DNA from: a phage
Reading direction: 5' to 3' (one strand)
DNA length: 64,000 nucleotides
Sequence record: PZ495249.1
Positions within the stretch are counted from its first letter, which is position 1. Every line of letters begins with the position of its first letter. The notes beneath the pieces are model-generated. The model made no database searches and was not told where the DNA came from. It saw only the letters and a list, made by a program, of their open reading frames with translations. Positions 1 through 7,139 of this stretch are shown here, piece after piece. Both the position numbers and the translations under genes were made by a program.

Positions 1-33
1 TGGGCGCAATGTCTAATAGTTATTTCCTATCAA

Positions 34-219
34 TTAAATATGATTGATAGCCACTACCTGATCAGGCTTAACACGGTTTTTTAGATTGTCAATCAAAATC
101 TCACCGTTATCAATCCCCAGGATCACGCCATTAACCATAAAGCCCCATTGATCACGATAACGCGCTTTTAAGCGCCCTCCGCGCTGTTCTATGGCCTTTT
201 CTATTTGTTCCAATGTCAT
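34..219 (-). CDS. hypothetical early protein (61 aa)
   Basis: track ORF; GGAGG upstream of ATG; part of leftward small-gene array. Confidence 0.55.
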   Translation of the reverse strand: MTLEQIEKAIEQRGGRLKARYRDQWGFMVNGVILGIDNGEILIDNLKNRVKPDQVVAINHI

Positions 220-284
220 TGGATAACCTCCGGTTAAAACTCGTTAGAAAGCGAAAGAGGCGCTATTCTGCGCCCCTTCTCTTA

Positions 285-422
285 TCACTCAATCCAGCCC
301 CGTTTCTCGGTGCGGTCGCGCTTTGTTTTGTTGCGCTTATCCCCTTTGCGGCTGGTATCTTCGTTCCATGCCTTGCGCGGTTTACCGTTACCCATTTTTT
401 CTACGTTGTTGGAACCATTCAT
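285..422 (-). CDS. small Lys/Arg-rich protein (45 aa)
   Basis: hand-called ORF below track cut-off; GAGGG RBS; leader hairpin upstream; frame checked against neighbouring track ORFs. Confidence 0.3.
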   Translation of the reverse strand: MNGSNNVEKMGNGKPRKAWNEDTSRKGDKRNKTKRDRTEKRGWIE

Positions 423-452
423 TTTTAAACCCTCGTTTTATTTTCAATGTTA

Positions 453-469
453 GCGGGAGAAGTTCCCGC
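453..469 (-). promoter_or_regulatory. leader/intercistronic stem-loop GCGGGA-N5-TCCCGC
   Basis: palindrome just upstream of RBS of ORF 285..422. Confidence 0.4.
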
Positions 470-484
470 CGTTGTTGTATCAGC

Positions 485-859
485 TTACGCTACGTTATGA
501 AACTTTGCAACCGCGATCAGTGACCCCGCCAGGTAAAGCCAGTAATTATCCCGCTCGCGGTCAATCGTTGCCTCGCGGCTGGTAGGCTTGAGATAACCCC
601 ACTCAATCAAAAGAGAATCAATCTCATTATAATAGTAAGCGTGGTTAATGTCTGACGGTAAACCCTGCAACCATGAGGCCATCGCTTTTAACACGTTGCC
701 ATTGTAGCGCTGCTGGTTTTCATAATACCAGTATTCAGAATTGAAACGGCGCATCAGTTCTGTAATCTTGCCCTCTTCACTGGTGATTAAGTCCTCTTTA
801 TGATCGTAAAACTCAATTGCTGCCAGGATGTAAGACTTGATTTTTTCTGCTGATTTCAT
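485..859 (-). CDS. hypothetical early protein (124 aa)
   Basis: track ORF; promoter and leader hairpin upstream. Confidence 0.6.
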   Translation of the reverse strand: MKSAEKIKSYILAAIEFYDHKEDLITSEEGKITELMRRFNSEYWYYENQQRYNGNVLKAMASWLQGLPSDINHAYYYNEIDSLLIEWGYLKPTSREATIDRERDNYWLYLAGSLIAVAKFHNVA

Positions 860-882
860 TTTGATAACCTTTTCATTGAGAG

Positions 883-899
883 GGGGAACCGCTCCCCCT
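883..899 (-). promoter_or_regulatory. leader stem-loop GGGGGA-N5-TCCCCC
   Basis: between promoter and start of gene 485..859. Confidence 0.4.
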
Positions 900-907
900 T
901 GAATACT

Positions 908-936
908 AATTTACTTTAAACCGTTTACCGTGTCAA
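908..936 (-). promoter_or_regulatory. sigma70-like promoter TTGACA-N17-TAAATT
   Basis: read on minus strand; upstream of gene 485..859; approximate coordinates. Confidence 0.5.
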
Positions 937-949
937 CCTGTTTTTAAAA

Positions 950-1312
950 TTATTCTTCGCTCTCTTCGGCTTCCAGGTCTGCGATCTCTTCCTCTAAGCT
1001 ATCGCGGCGCTCTTCCAGATCTTCCAGGTCGCTCGTTAACTCCTGATAGGCTGGCACTTCGTCAAGATCCATTGTCCCTTCATAGTCGCTTTTACCGCAA
1101 CGGTACGCCGCCGGATCAAGATTTTTCAGAGCATAGGACGGGCTAAACAATGATCCGCAAACGTCTATGTCTTCGTAGCAGTCATCGAGCATTGCATCAT
1201 ATTCCTCTTCGCTTGCTTCATAAGAGAAGTTGCGGATCTGACGCTCAGTTTCTGCAATATCACGGATCACACTTGCCAGTTCTGCGCGTTTCATTTCGAG
1301 GATAGTAGTCAT
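950..1312 (-). CDS. acidic early protein (120 aa, Glu/Asp-rich C-terminus)
   Basis: track ORF; consensus promoter at about 1380..1408. Confidence 0.6.
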   Translation of the reverse strand: MTTILEMKRAELASVIRDIAETERQIRNFSYEASEEEYDAMLDDCYEDIDVCGSLFSPSYALKNLDPAAYRCGKSDYEGTMDLDEVPAYQELTSDLEDLEERRDSLEEEIADLEAEESEE

Positions 1313-1379
1313 AATATTTTCTCTTCTGTTTAAGCGGGTGCATAATCCTATATTATGCTATTCCCGCCCCTTGATGAAT

Positions 1380-1408
1380 AATTTAATGCTTTTCGGTGAT
1401 GCTGTCAA
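1380..1408 (-). promoter_or_regulatory. sigma70-like promoter TTGACA-N17-TAAATT
   Basis: upstream of gene 950..1312; approximate coordinates. Confidence 0.5.
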
Positions 1409-1421
1409 CTGGTTATTGAAA

Positions 1422-1643
1422 TTATTTTTCTACTACCAATTGATACCAGGATTCAACATTGGTAAACACGATCCGTCCATCGTTACGCTCGGACATAAGC
1501 ATACAAGGCGATAACATACGCTCGGCGGCTTTACATTCAGCATAGACGGCGCTGATCTCACCTGGCTTGCTGTCATCAGCTTGGAAAGTGTCATTGATAA
1601 ACACGTTGCCAGCCACCAGGGAAATAATTGCAAATGTAACCAT
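1422..1643 (-). CDS. small secreted protein, signal-peptide-like N-terminus (73 aa)
   Basis: track ORF 1422..1655 trimmed to internal Met with GAGGT RBS; hydrophobic N-terminus. Confidence 0.5.
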   Translation of the reverse strand: MVTFAIISLVAGNVFINDTFQADDSKPGEISAVYAECKAAERMLSPCMLMSERNDGRIVFTNVESWYQLVVEK

Positions 1644-1644
1644 T

Positions 1645-1839
1645 TTAAACCTCACTATACCATGTTAAAAACTGCTGCTTTTCTGTTTCGGTAATATTGC
1701 GGTCTATACACAATTCACCATCATTGCAAGTGTAATCAAAAGCTAACGAAAGATTTTCAACACTGACAGATTTTTCATCCCACTCTAAAACCTCAGTTAG
1801 TTGGTTGAGTATACGTTGCATTTCGGATAGTGTCAACAT
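1645..1839 (-). CDS. hypothetical early protein (64 aa)
   Basis: track ORF 1645..1884 trimmed to internal Met with GAGGT RBS; longer form would run into the promoter. Confidence 0.5.
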   Translation of the reverse strand: MLTLSEMQRILNQLTEVLEWDEKSVSVENLSLAFDYTCNDGELCIDRNITETEKQQFLTWYSEV

Positions 1840-1883
1840 TTTAACCTCGTTAGATTGTTTGGTTTCTCTCTTCAATGGCTGCA

Positions 1884-1911
1884 TTATCTAACAGCCATTA
1901 CAGAAAGTCAA
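1884..1911 (-). promoter_or_regulatory. sigma70-like promoter TTGACT-N16-GATAAT
   Basis: upstream of gene 1645..1839; approximate coordinates. Confidence 0.45.
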
Positions 1912-2060
1912 CCGATCTCTTCTAATTTTTCTGTTCGCCAGGTATATTTGGTTAGCTTGCTTAACATCGCGCAACCTTCCGCATGAGTTAACGGCGAATC
2001 ATTCATGATCACTTTAACGCCTGTTTTATTGTTGACTACTACAACATTGTACTTTCTCAT
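1908..2060 (-). CDS. small hypothetical protein (50 aa)
   Basis: hand-called ORF; AGGAG 9 nt upstream of ATG; own promoter at about 2097..2124. Confidence 0.3.
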   Translation of the reverse strand: MRKYNVVVVNNKTGVKVIMNDSPLTHAEGCAMLSKLTKYTWRTEKLEEIG

Positions 2061-2096
2061 TGTTCCGGCTCCTGGTTTCTCTTCTCTATAGCGCCC

Positions 2097-2124
2097 ATTA
2101 TAAGGCGCTATAACGAAAAGTCAA
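2097..2124 (-). promoter_or_regulatory. sigma70-like promoter TTGACT-N16-TATAAT
   Basis: upstream of ORF 1908..2060; approximate coordinates. Confidence 0.5.
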
Positions 2125-2126
2125 CT

Positions 2127-2291
2127 TTATTTTTTCAGGCTCAAAGTGCCTTTGTTATCGGCATGAGACAAGCCAGGGAAGATCCAACCGTCTGCGCCTT
2201 TCACTGGTGCTTTAAGCTTCGCGCCTGTATTGGCGCTATTCACTTTACGGGCTACGTTGCGAGCGGCTTCACGGGTAGTCATTGCGATCAT
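2127..2291 (-). CDS. small hypothetical protein (54 aa)
   Basis: track ORF 2127..2348 trimmed to Met preceded by AGAGAGAG RBS; longer form would read through the leader hairpin. Confidence 0.45.
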   Translation of the reverse strand: MIAMTTREAARNVARKVNSANTGAKLKAPVKGADGWIFPGLSHADNKGTLSLKK

Positions 2292-2313
2292 GATGTTTCT
2301 CTCTCTTTGGTGT

Positions 2314-2335
2314 GGCGCGGGAACCATTCCCGCCC
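2314..2335 (-). promoter_or_regulatory. conserved leader stem-loop GGCGCGGGAACCATTCCCGCC
   Basis: between promoter and RBS; same sequence recurs at 3572 and 4492. Confidence 0.5.
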
Positions 2336-2346
2336 CTCTGATAAAC

Positions 2347-2375
2347 AATTTACGCTCTATTTAGTTCACTGTCAA
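2347..2375 (-). promoter_or_regulatory. sigma70-like promoter TTGACA-N17-TAAATT
   Basis: upstream of leader hairpin and gene 2127..2291; approximate coordinates. Confidence 0.5.
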
Positions 2376-2392
2376 GCTAATTTTGCGATAAT

Positions 2393-2506
2393 TTAAAAGC
2401 GGGTTACGATGAAATAGACAAGTGCTATCACCGCCCACGATGGAACCGCCAGGATCAGAGCATTAATAATGCCAGTGGTGAAGCAATTTGCTTTTTTGAT
2501 TAACAT
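2393..2506 (-). CDS. small hydrophobic protein (37 aa)
   Basis: hand-called ORF; single hydrophobic helix; promoter at about 2553..2582. Confidence 0.3.
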   Translation of the reverse strand: MLIKKANCFTTGIINALILAVPSWAVIALVYFIVTRF

Positions 2507-2552
2507 AGTGCATCCTCTTTGGTGTCGGCATCATTGCCGCCCTATGTGATGA

Positions 2553-2582
2553 ATTATGCGCCCCTCCTGGGCGCTTGTCAAT
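2553..2582 (-). promoter_or_regulatory. sigma70-like promoter TTGACA-N18-CATAAT
   Basis: upstream of ORF 2393..2506; approximate coordinates. Confidence 0.45.
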
Positions 2583-2585
2583 CCC

Positions 2586-3134
2586 TTATTTAAAATAATT
2601 TCGTAGGGCTTGCGCTGCCTCTTCCGGTGTCGGATGATACGGCGTGATCGCGTCCTCTTCCAGGACTACCGGATCAAGCTCCGGCTCTTCCTCCGGCGCG
2701 TTCTCTTCCTCCAGGAGTACAGATCCCGCCAGCTTATCGATCTTGCGCTGCGCCTTGTCTGCTTTCACGTCCAGGACTCGCAAGGCGCTACGATAAAGGC
2801 TCTCAGGCATCTTTCCCGCCTCATATGCTTTTGTAAGCGCTGCCACCTTGCCAGGGTACTCTAACAGCGTTTTAAACGCCGGATCTACCATCAGCAGGGG
2901 ATCGCCTTTCGCGTCATCTGCCGGATCTGCCGCCCCTGCAATGTCTGCCTGTCCATTTGGTAGCCAGCCTGGAACCGTGGCGCGGATCGCCGTGTTCCCG
3001 TTGTTACGCGCTACGCGCTGCCCCACTTGCTCGCCACTGTAGCCGCTTGCGTCATCCAGGAGATCAGGCGGGATCACCCTCCAATCATCCTCGTCATGCT
3101 TAACCCACGATTGAATAACATGCTCACGCCCCAT
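2586..3134 (-). CDS. hypothetical early protein (182 aa)
   Basis: track ORF; GAGGGG upstream of ATG. Confidence 0.6.
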   Translation of the reverse strand: MGREHVIQSWVKHDEDDWRVIPPDLLDDASGYSGEQVGQRVARNNGNTAIRATVPGWLPNGQADIAGAADPADDAKGDPLLMVDPAFKTLLEYPGKVAALTKAYEAGKMPESLYRSALRVLDVKADKAQRKIDKLAGSVLLEEENAPEEEPELDPVVLEEDAITPYHPTPEEAAQALRNYFK

Positions 3135-3137
3135 AGG

Positions 3138-3398
3138 TTAACCCCTCGTTACTAACTCACATACACGGTAAAGGCTCCCCGCATCTTTTGAAGGTAGCCA
3201 CCCGATCCGATACTTCCCGATCTCAACCTTCGTAACGTCCTTTACTTCGGCGTTACGGTGATTAAAGATAGTGTAACCGCCCCCACTCCGCTTGTAAACG
3301 TTTTCTTTAAACGTCATTGCATATCGTGCGAGATCATAGGCTGTTGAATCCATAAAGGCGATAACCTCGCCTTTACAGTTTAGAAACAATGGTTTCAT
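3138..3398 (-). CDS. hypothetical early protein (86 aa)
   Basis: track ORF; GGGGGAA upstream of ATG. Confidence 0.55.
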   Translation of the reverse strand: MKPLFLNCKGEVIAFMDSTAYDLARYAMTFKENVYKRSGGGYTIFNHRNAEVKDVTKVEIGKYRIGWLPSKDAGSLYRVCELVTRG

Positions 3399-3405
3399 TA
3401 CGTTA

Positions 3406-3552
3406 TTATTTCCCCCATCTGGTAAACCCCGCGCCCTGATTAGATTTTAACTCACGTTTCAAACGGGCGCAACGGCTCGCGATAGCGAAACGGGAGGGAG
3501 TTACAACGGTTGATCCGGTGTTGGTGTGGATTTTCATTACACGTTGTTTCAT
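3406..3552 (-). CDS. small basic protein (48 aa)
   Basis: hand-called ORF just downstream of promoter and leader hairpin; stop abuts start of next gene. Confidence 0.3.
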   Translation of the reverse strand: MKQRVMKIHTNTGSTVVTPSRFAIASRCARLKRELKSNQGAGFTRWGK

Positions 3553-3571
3553 AATCTTTCACCTTTGAGGA

Positions 3572-3593
3572 GGCGCGGGAACCATTCCCGCCC
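3572..3593 (-). promoter_or_regulatory. conserved leader stem-loop GGCGCGGGAACCATTCCCGCC
   Basis: between promoter 3603..3631 and ORF 3406..3552. Confidence 0.5.
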
Positions 3594-3602
3594 TTTGAGA
3601 TA

Positions 3603-3631
3603 ATATTAGCCCCATTCCTGGGACTTGGCAA
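3603..3631 (-). promoter_or_regulatory. sigma70-like promoter TTGCCA-N17-TAATAT
   Basis: upstream of leader hairpin 3572..3593; approximate coordinates. Confidence 0.45.
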
Positions 3632-3871
3632 CTATCTTACCGTAATTTTTTCACCTTTTACGATAATGTAAGTATGGCCTGAATTACTGTATTGATCGAC
3701 ATAGACACGGCGATCACGCCCCTGGAAATTAATTTTCCATTGAGTAGGTATTTTTGTACCATAGCCGGATCGTGTCTTAGAAAGTCCCGCCGTTTGCCAC
3801 CACAAAGGCGCTTCAATCGTCTCTACTTCCGCTAACAGTGAACCATCTTTTGCAATCAATAAAGTTTCCAT
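3632..3871 (-). CDS. hypothetical early protein (79 aa)
   Basis: track ORF 3632..3934 trimmed to internal Met with GAGAG..AAGAAG RBS; hairpin 3905..3924 lies upstream. Confidence 0.5.
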   Translation of the reverse strand: METLLIAKDGSLLAEVETIEAPLWWQTAGLSKTRSGYGTKIPTQWKINFQGRDRRVYVDQYSNSGHTYIIVKGEKITVR

Positions 3872-3904
3872 CTTCTTACTCTCTTCTGTTGGTGTAGGGG
3901 AATG

Positions 3905-3924
3905 ATAGCCCCTTTCGGGGCTAT
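3905..3924 (-). promoter_or_regulatory. intercistronic hairpin ATAGCCCC-TTTC-GGGGCTAT
   Basis: 8-bp GC-rich stem right after stop of gene 3938..4471; no clear U-run. Confidence 0.4.
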
Positions 3925-3937
3925 GGTCAAGCACTAT

Positions 3938-4471
3938 TTAGACGTTTTCAACAATACTTTTCAAGACGTCTACACCTTCCAGGAGATCACGCGCTGCACT
4001 GATCGCGGCTTCAATTGCATCCTCTTCGCCGCCGTGTTCTTTCCAGATCTCTTCTGCCGTGTCTAAGAGTGATCCTTCATCATCGTAGGAATAATCAAAA
4101 CCGCAACATACTACTTCACCGTCTAACAGGGTATGAGATCCGGCGGTAGCGTCAACCGTGAAATAGTAGTCATTGGCGGTAATGTCACGCGCTAATTGAC
4201 GCTGTAAACTTTCGTAAGCTTCACGGGACGGGTTAGCACGTCCTGCTTTCGCATAGTCTGCCGTGAGTTCTGCCAGCGTATACTGCTGAGGGATAGCATA
4301 TTTAAAGCTATTGCGATCTGCATCAGGGTTAGTAATAGTTACGCCGCCCTCGTGCGTGTCTGTCATTTTCCACTGATCCCCGAACTGGTCAAACGTGTAA
4401 GCACATACAACGTTAACAGTGAAATCAATGTTGTTACGGGAAAAGTTGAAAGTTTCAATGATATCAGACAT
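3938..4471 (-). CDS. hypothetical early protein (177 aa)
   Basis: track ORF; consensus promoter TTGACA-N16-TATAAT and leader hairpin upstream. Confidence 0.6.
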   Translation of the reverse strand: MSDIIETFNFSRNNIDFTVNVVCAYTFDQFGDQWKMTDTHEGGVTITNPDADRNSFKYAIPQQYTLAELTADYAKAGRANPSREAYESLQRQLARDITANDYYFTVDATAGSHTLLDGEVVCCGFDYSYDDEGSLLDTAEEIWKEHGGEEDAIEAAISAARDLLEGVDVLKSIVENV

Positions 4472-4491
4472 TTGGTTATCTCTCTTTAATT

Positions 4492-4512
4492 TGGCGCGGG
4501 AAACATTCCCGC
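4492..4512 (-). promoter_or_regulatory. conserved leader stem-loop GGCGCGGGAAACATTCCCGCC
   Basis: between consensus promoter and RBS of gene 3938..4471; no U-run, so not a terminator. Confidence 0.5.
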
Positions 4513-4525
4513 CGCCTATGAAGTG

Positions 4526-4553
4526 AATTATACGTTACTGGGTGAATCTGTCA
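4526..4553 (-). promoter_or_regulatory. sigma70 consensus promoter TTGACA-N16-TATAAT
   Basis: perfect -35 and -10 hexamers; upstream of leader hairpin and gene 3938..4471. Confidence 0.6.
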
Positions 4554-4562
4554 AGCGTTTAT

Positions 4563-4766
4563 TTACTCAATATCTAAAACTTTTTTCAGGCGGTTGATCT
4601 TCGCTTCGCGTTGCTCATGAGTGATCACGCACATTTCAACCAATGAATCAAGGAAAGCGGATACAATGCAATAGCCGTTAAAATCGTTTTCCTCTTCTTT
4701 CTCACAAAAGCCGTTCACGATCACTTTGATTGATTCAGTCGTCACTACTACATGTAATGTTGCCAT
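4563..4766 (-). CDS. hypothetical early protein (67 aa)
   Basis: track ORF; AGGAAG RBS; promoter at about 4818..4846. Confidence 0.5.
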   Translation of the reverse strand: MATLHVVVTTESIKVIVNGFCEKEEENDFNGYCIVSAFLDSLVEMCVITHEQREAKINRLKKVLDIE

Positions 4767-4817
4767 TTTCTTTTCTTCCTGTTATGCGGTGCGCCTCTCG
4801 CCTCGCCTTGTGTAGTA

Positions 4818-4846
4818 ATATTAGATCGCCGCCCCTATGCTGTCAA
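4818..4846 (-). promoter_or_regulatory. sigma70-like promoter TTGACA-N17-TAATAT
   Basis: upstream of gene 4563..4766; approximate coordinates. Confidence 0.5.
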
Positions 4847-4887
4847 CTACTACCATAAAATTTTTTATATATATTTCCCTGGTGCTT

Positions 4888-5067
4888 GAAAAATAAAAAA
4901 TTTTTTCACCTGGGAGTTCCCACAAAATTTTTTCGATTAGGTGGATCTCGTTTCGGAAATTTTCCTCTTACGTAAAACTCGTTACAAAAATTTTTCGACC
5001 TGGTAAAATCCGTTGGCGGAAAAAATTGAGATCCTAAAACTCAAATCAGCAAAAAATTTTCCTTGCG
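4888..5067. repeat. phased A-tract/T-tract array (AAAA(A)TTTT(T)C about every 30-35 bp, six copies)
   Basis: direct reading of the sequence; candidate intrinsically bent DNA. Confidence 0.5.
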
Positions 5068-5133
5068 CTTTCCTTGGTGTGGTGTATAGTGGTTATCAAG
5101 CCGCCACGGTGGAGGCACAAAGAGGAAATAACC

Positions 5134-5244
5134 ATGAAAGTTTACAGTGTATATGATGACGAAATTTGCAACCATTGCTATCACCCTAAGCGCTTAAAGT
5201 GGTGTTTTATCTGTAAGCAAGAGATGCAAAAACAGGGTAAATAG
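5134..5244 (+). CDS. micro-ORF with CxxC..CxxC zinc-ribbon pattern (36 aa)
   Basis: hand-called ORF; AGAGGA RBS; lone rightward ORF inside the non-coding control region. Confidence 0.3.
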   Translation: MKVYSVYDDEICNHCYHPKRLKWCFICKQEMQKQGK

Positions 5245-5246
5245 TG

Positions 5247-5276
5247 TTGACACGCCCCAGGGAACGGGGCTATAAT
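5247..5276 (+). promoter_or_regulatory. sigma70 consensus promoter TTGACA-N18-TATAAT (rightward)
   Basis: perfect hexamers; no obvious CDS downstream; fires into the repeat region. Confidence 0.5.
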
Positions 5277-5494
5277 CACCACATACAGAAGAGGACACGC
5301 CACCCCACGGCGTAAAGGCGGGGCTAACATACCAGGGCGCTGGTTGCAAGGTGGATCGCCGGTAGCTCGCCTCAAAAAAGTTTTGTAAAGATTGAATAAA
5401 GTGCTTGCGTCCTGGGTTGGTTGTGTTATTATGTATACATGGACAGGGGAACGGGGCTGGCGAGACAATCACCGGAGCTGCCCGTCATTCTGGA

Positions 5495-5595
5495 AATGCG
5501 AATGAGTCTCTTTTCGGTTTGTAGATGAGAATGATTCTCATTCAACTTTATAAACGAGAATGATTATCACTTGCAAATGAGAATGCTTATCATAC
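5495..5595. repeat. four operator-like near-palindromes GAGAATG(A/C)TT(C/A)TCA
   Basis: four spaced copies of an imperfect inverted repeat in about 100 bp. Confidence 0.5.
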
Positions 5596-5613
5596 TCATC
5601 CGGCAAATTTTCG

Positions 5614-5820
5614 AGAATTTTAAATTTTGCTTTTGGAAAAATGCAGATCGAAAAGTTAAAAAACTTTTAATAATTGGGGAATTTTTTGAAAATTTTAAAT
5701 TTTGGTTTTGGATTTTTCTGTGGTAAGATGCAGAAAAGTTTTAAATAATTCAGGGAAATTTTAAATTTTGCTTTTCAATATTTATTGAGCAACCTGGAGA
5801 AAAGTTTTAAATAGTTTGAG
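5614..5820. repeat. three tandem AT-rich direct repeats of about 70 bp
   Basis: GARAATTTTAAATTTTGSTTTTGG plus CAGAAAAGTTTTAAATA recur three times in the same order. Confidence 0.55.
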
Positions 5821-6049
5821 AGTGATTTTCAAAGTTTGTTTCCATATTGTTCGGACTGAGATGGAAATAGATTATCAAGTTATTACAACAACTTACAAGA
5901 TTGCTTAGAGTTTGATTTAAATATGGTGTTAAGAAGTTCAAACTGTGTCTATGAATTTACTGGTATGTTGGAGGTGAGGCTCCGAAATATTGAACCCCAC
6001 ACCCCTTATTCTAAAAACGAAAATTTTTAAAATATCAGATAATATCAGG

Positions 6050-6667
6050 TTAGCCTAACATCGGCAAGAAAAGTCGGTCGCCACTTAGAATTAGTTCTCT
6101 TTGAATTAATCCATAGATGACAAACCCGTGACCACACTTCTTATCCTCAGCATGAATCACATCGTAATAATCCATACCTAACTCCTGGTAGTGATAACCG
6201 TCGAAGTCTAACAGTGCAATTTTCTCACCATCATTAACCCGTTTCCATAAGTCTTTGAATGTATCTGTTTGCACCACTGCACGGGCGTACATTGGGAAGT
6301 ACAGGTTTCGACGGGCAGTGATGTAATCCAGTTTCTTGCCATCCCAGACACTATACAGAGGCTTTCTGCCTTTACCCATAGGGTAGCGTTCTGCTCTCCA
6401 GTTAGCCCAACCTGCTCGCGCCCATGTGTAATACGCTTCGGTTGGATCACCGTTCTCATCTACGTGCTCTTCGTACACTTTACTAAATTGCCAGGCGTTC
6501 TCCATATTCTTGGCTACAATGCCACCATACATAGGTATATCGCGCAGGTAGAACGGGCTAAGCTGCTGTCCGTATCCTTCTTTATCACGGCTGGTAGTGT
6601 TGACCACCTTAAACCCTTCCGGTACTTTGTCCCGCATACCAACCACGATTAGATTATCAAACTTCAT
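6050..6667 (-). CDS. hypothetical protein (205 aa)
   Basis: track ORF 6050..6739 trimmed to internal Met with GGAG-N6-ATG. Confidence 0.6.
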   Translation of the reverse strand: MKFDNLIVVGMRDKVPEGFKVVNTTSRDKEGYGQQLSPFYLRDIPMYGGIVAKNMENAWQFSKVYEEHVDENGDPTEAYYTWARAGWANWRAERYPMGKGRKPLYSVWDGKKLDYITARRNLYFPMYARAVVQTDTFKDLWKRVNDGEKIALLDFDGYHYQELGMDYYDVIHAEDKKCGHGFVIYGLIQRELILSGDRLFLPMLG

Positions 6668-6881
6668 TCTTATCTCCGTAGTTGTCGTGGTAGTATTGGA
6701 TGGCTTCTTCGAGATCCATTCCGCACATACCTGTTTCATTGATACTCACGGTGTATTTATTCTGATACCGTTGGATAACATTCCCTTCCTCGTCATGGCG
6801 AGTCCACCAACCTCCACCTGGGAGGATAGTAACCACATTGTTAAGGATAAAATCAAACATCTGTTCTTTAGTCAGTTTCAT
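6657..6881 (-). CDS. hypothetical protein (74 aa)
   Basis: track ORF 6657..6914 trimmed to Met with GGAGAAA RBS. Confidence 0.45.
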   Translation of the reverse strand: MKLTKEQMFDFILNNVVTILPGGGWWTRHDEEGNVIQRYQNKYTVSINETGMCGMDLEEAIQYYHDNYGDKNEV

Positions 6882-7098
6882 CAGGTTTCTCCGTAATCTC
6901 TTCGATAAAGGCAATCAGTGCTTGCCCTGCTTCATCAGCATTCTTGAGAGAGCGTTCGTAATTACTTGTCACTAAATCACGGCTTGCAGGATCAATCTGT
7001 GTGGGACGTAAATGATCCCACAGTGCCACCTGCCCTTCGTAGACACAGCAATTTTCAATCAGTGCTAATAGTTTCTGTTTTTCTGCTTGCGTAATCAT
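6868..7098 (-). CDS. hypothetical protein (76 aa)
   Basis: track ORF 6868..7143 trimmed to Met with GGAGGA RBS just after hairpin 7107..7134. Confidence 0.45.
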   Translation of the reverse strand: MITQAEKQKLLALIENCCVYEGQVALWDHLRPTQIDPASRDLVTSNYERSLKNADEAGQALIAFIEEITEKPDETD

Positions 7099-7106
7099 AA
7101 TTCCTC

Positions 7107-7134
7107 CACATGAAGAAAGCCCCTTTCGGGGCTT
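7107..7134 (-). terminator. rho-independent terminator
   Basis: AGCCCC-TTTC-GGGGCT stem followed by U-rich run on minus strand; after ATPase gene. Confidence 0.5.
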
Positions 7135-7139
7135 AGTTA

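Noticed and set aside
213-428. Plus-strand track ORFs inside the leftward early block (e.g. 213..428, 323..523, 2163..2396, 2610..2864, 7416..7814, 8411..8638, 8986..9273)
   Set aside because: They run antisense to better-supported leftward genes that have RBSs and promoters, have no RBS of their own and show low-complexity composition, so they are most likely frame shadows.
5277-5460. Possible tRNA or small RNA downstream of the consensus promoter at 5247..5276, and in other gaps of more than 100 bp (14288..14428, 17999..18137)
   Set aside because: I could not find a cloverleaf with a T-loop consensus or acceptor stem by eye. An unstructured small RNA remains possible but is unsupported, so no RNA gene is called.
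5181-5472. Track ORFs 5181..5468 and 5194..5472 on the minus strand
   Set aside because: They span the promoter and GC-rich hairpin region of the non-coding hub, lack an RBS and have biased Pro/Cys-rich composition; the region is better explained as regulatory DNA.
5614-5820. Possible CRISPR array in the repeat-rich region
   Set aside because: The repeats are AT-rich, about 70 bp long and directly adjacent with no unique spacers, and no cas genes are present, so this is not a CRISPR array.
6050-6739. Longer form of gene 6050..6667 starting at 6739, and similar N-terminal extensions of other track ORFs (1422..1655, 2127..2348, 24751..25956, 31028..31618, 36510..37094)
   Set aside because: The extended forms overlap upstream genes or read through hairpins and promoters, whereas an internal start has a properly spaced Shine-Dalgarno sequence; the shorter forms were used.
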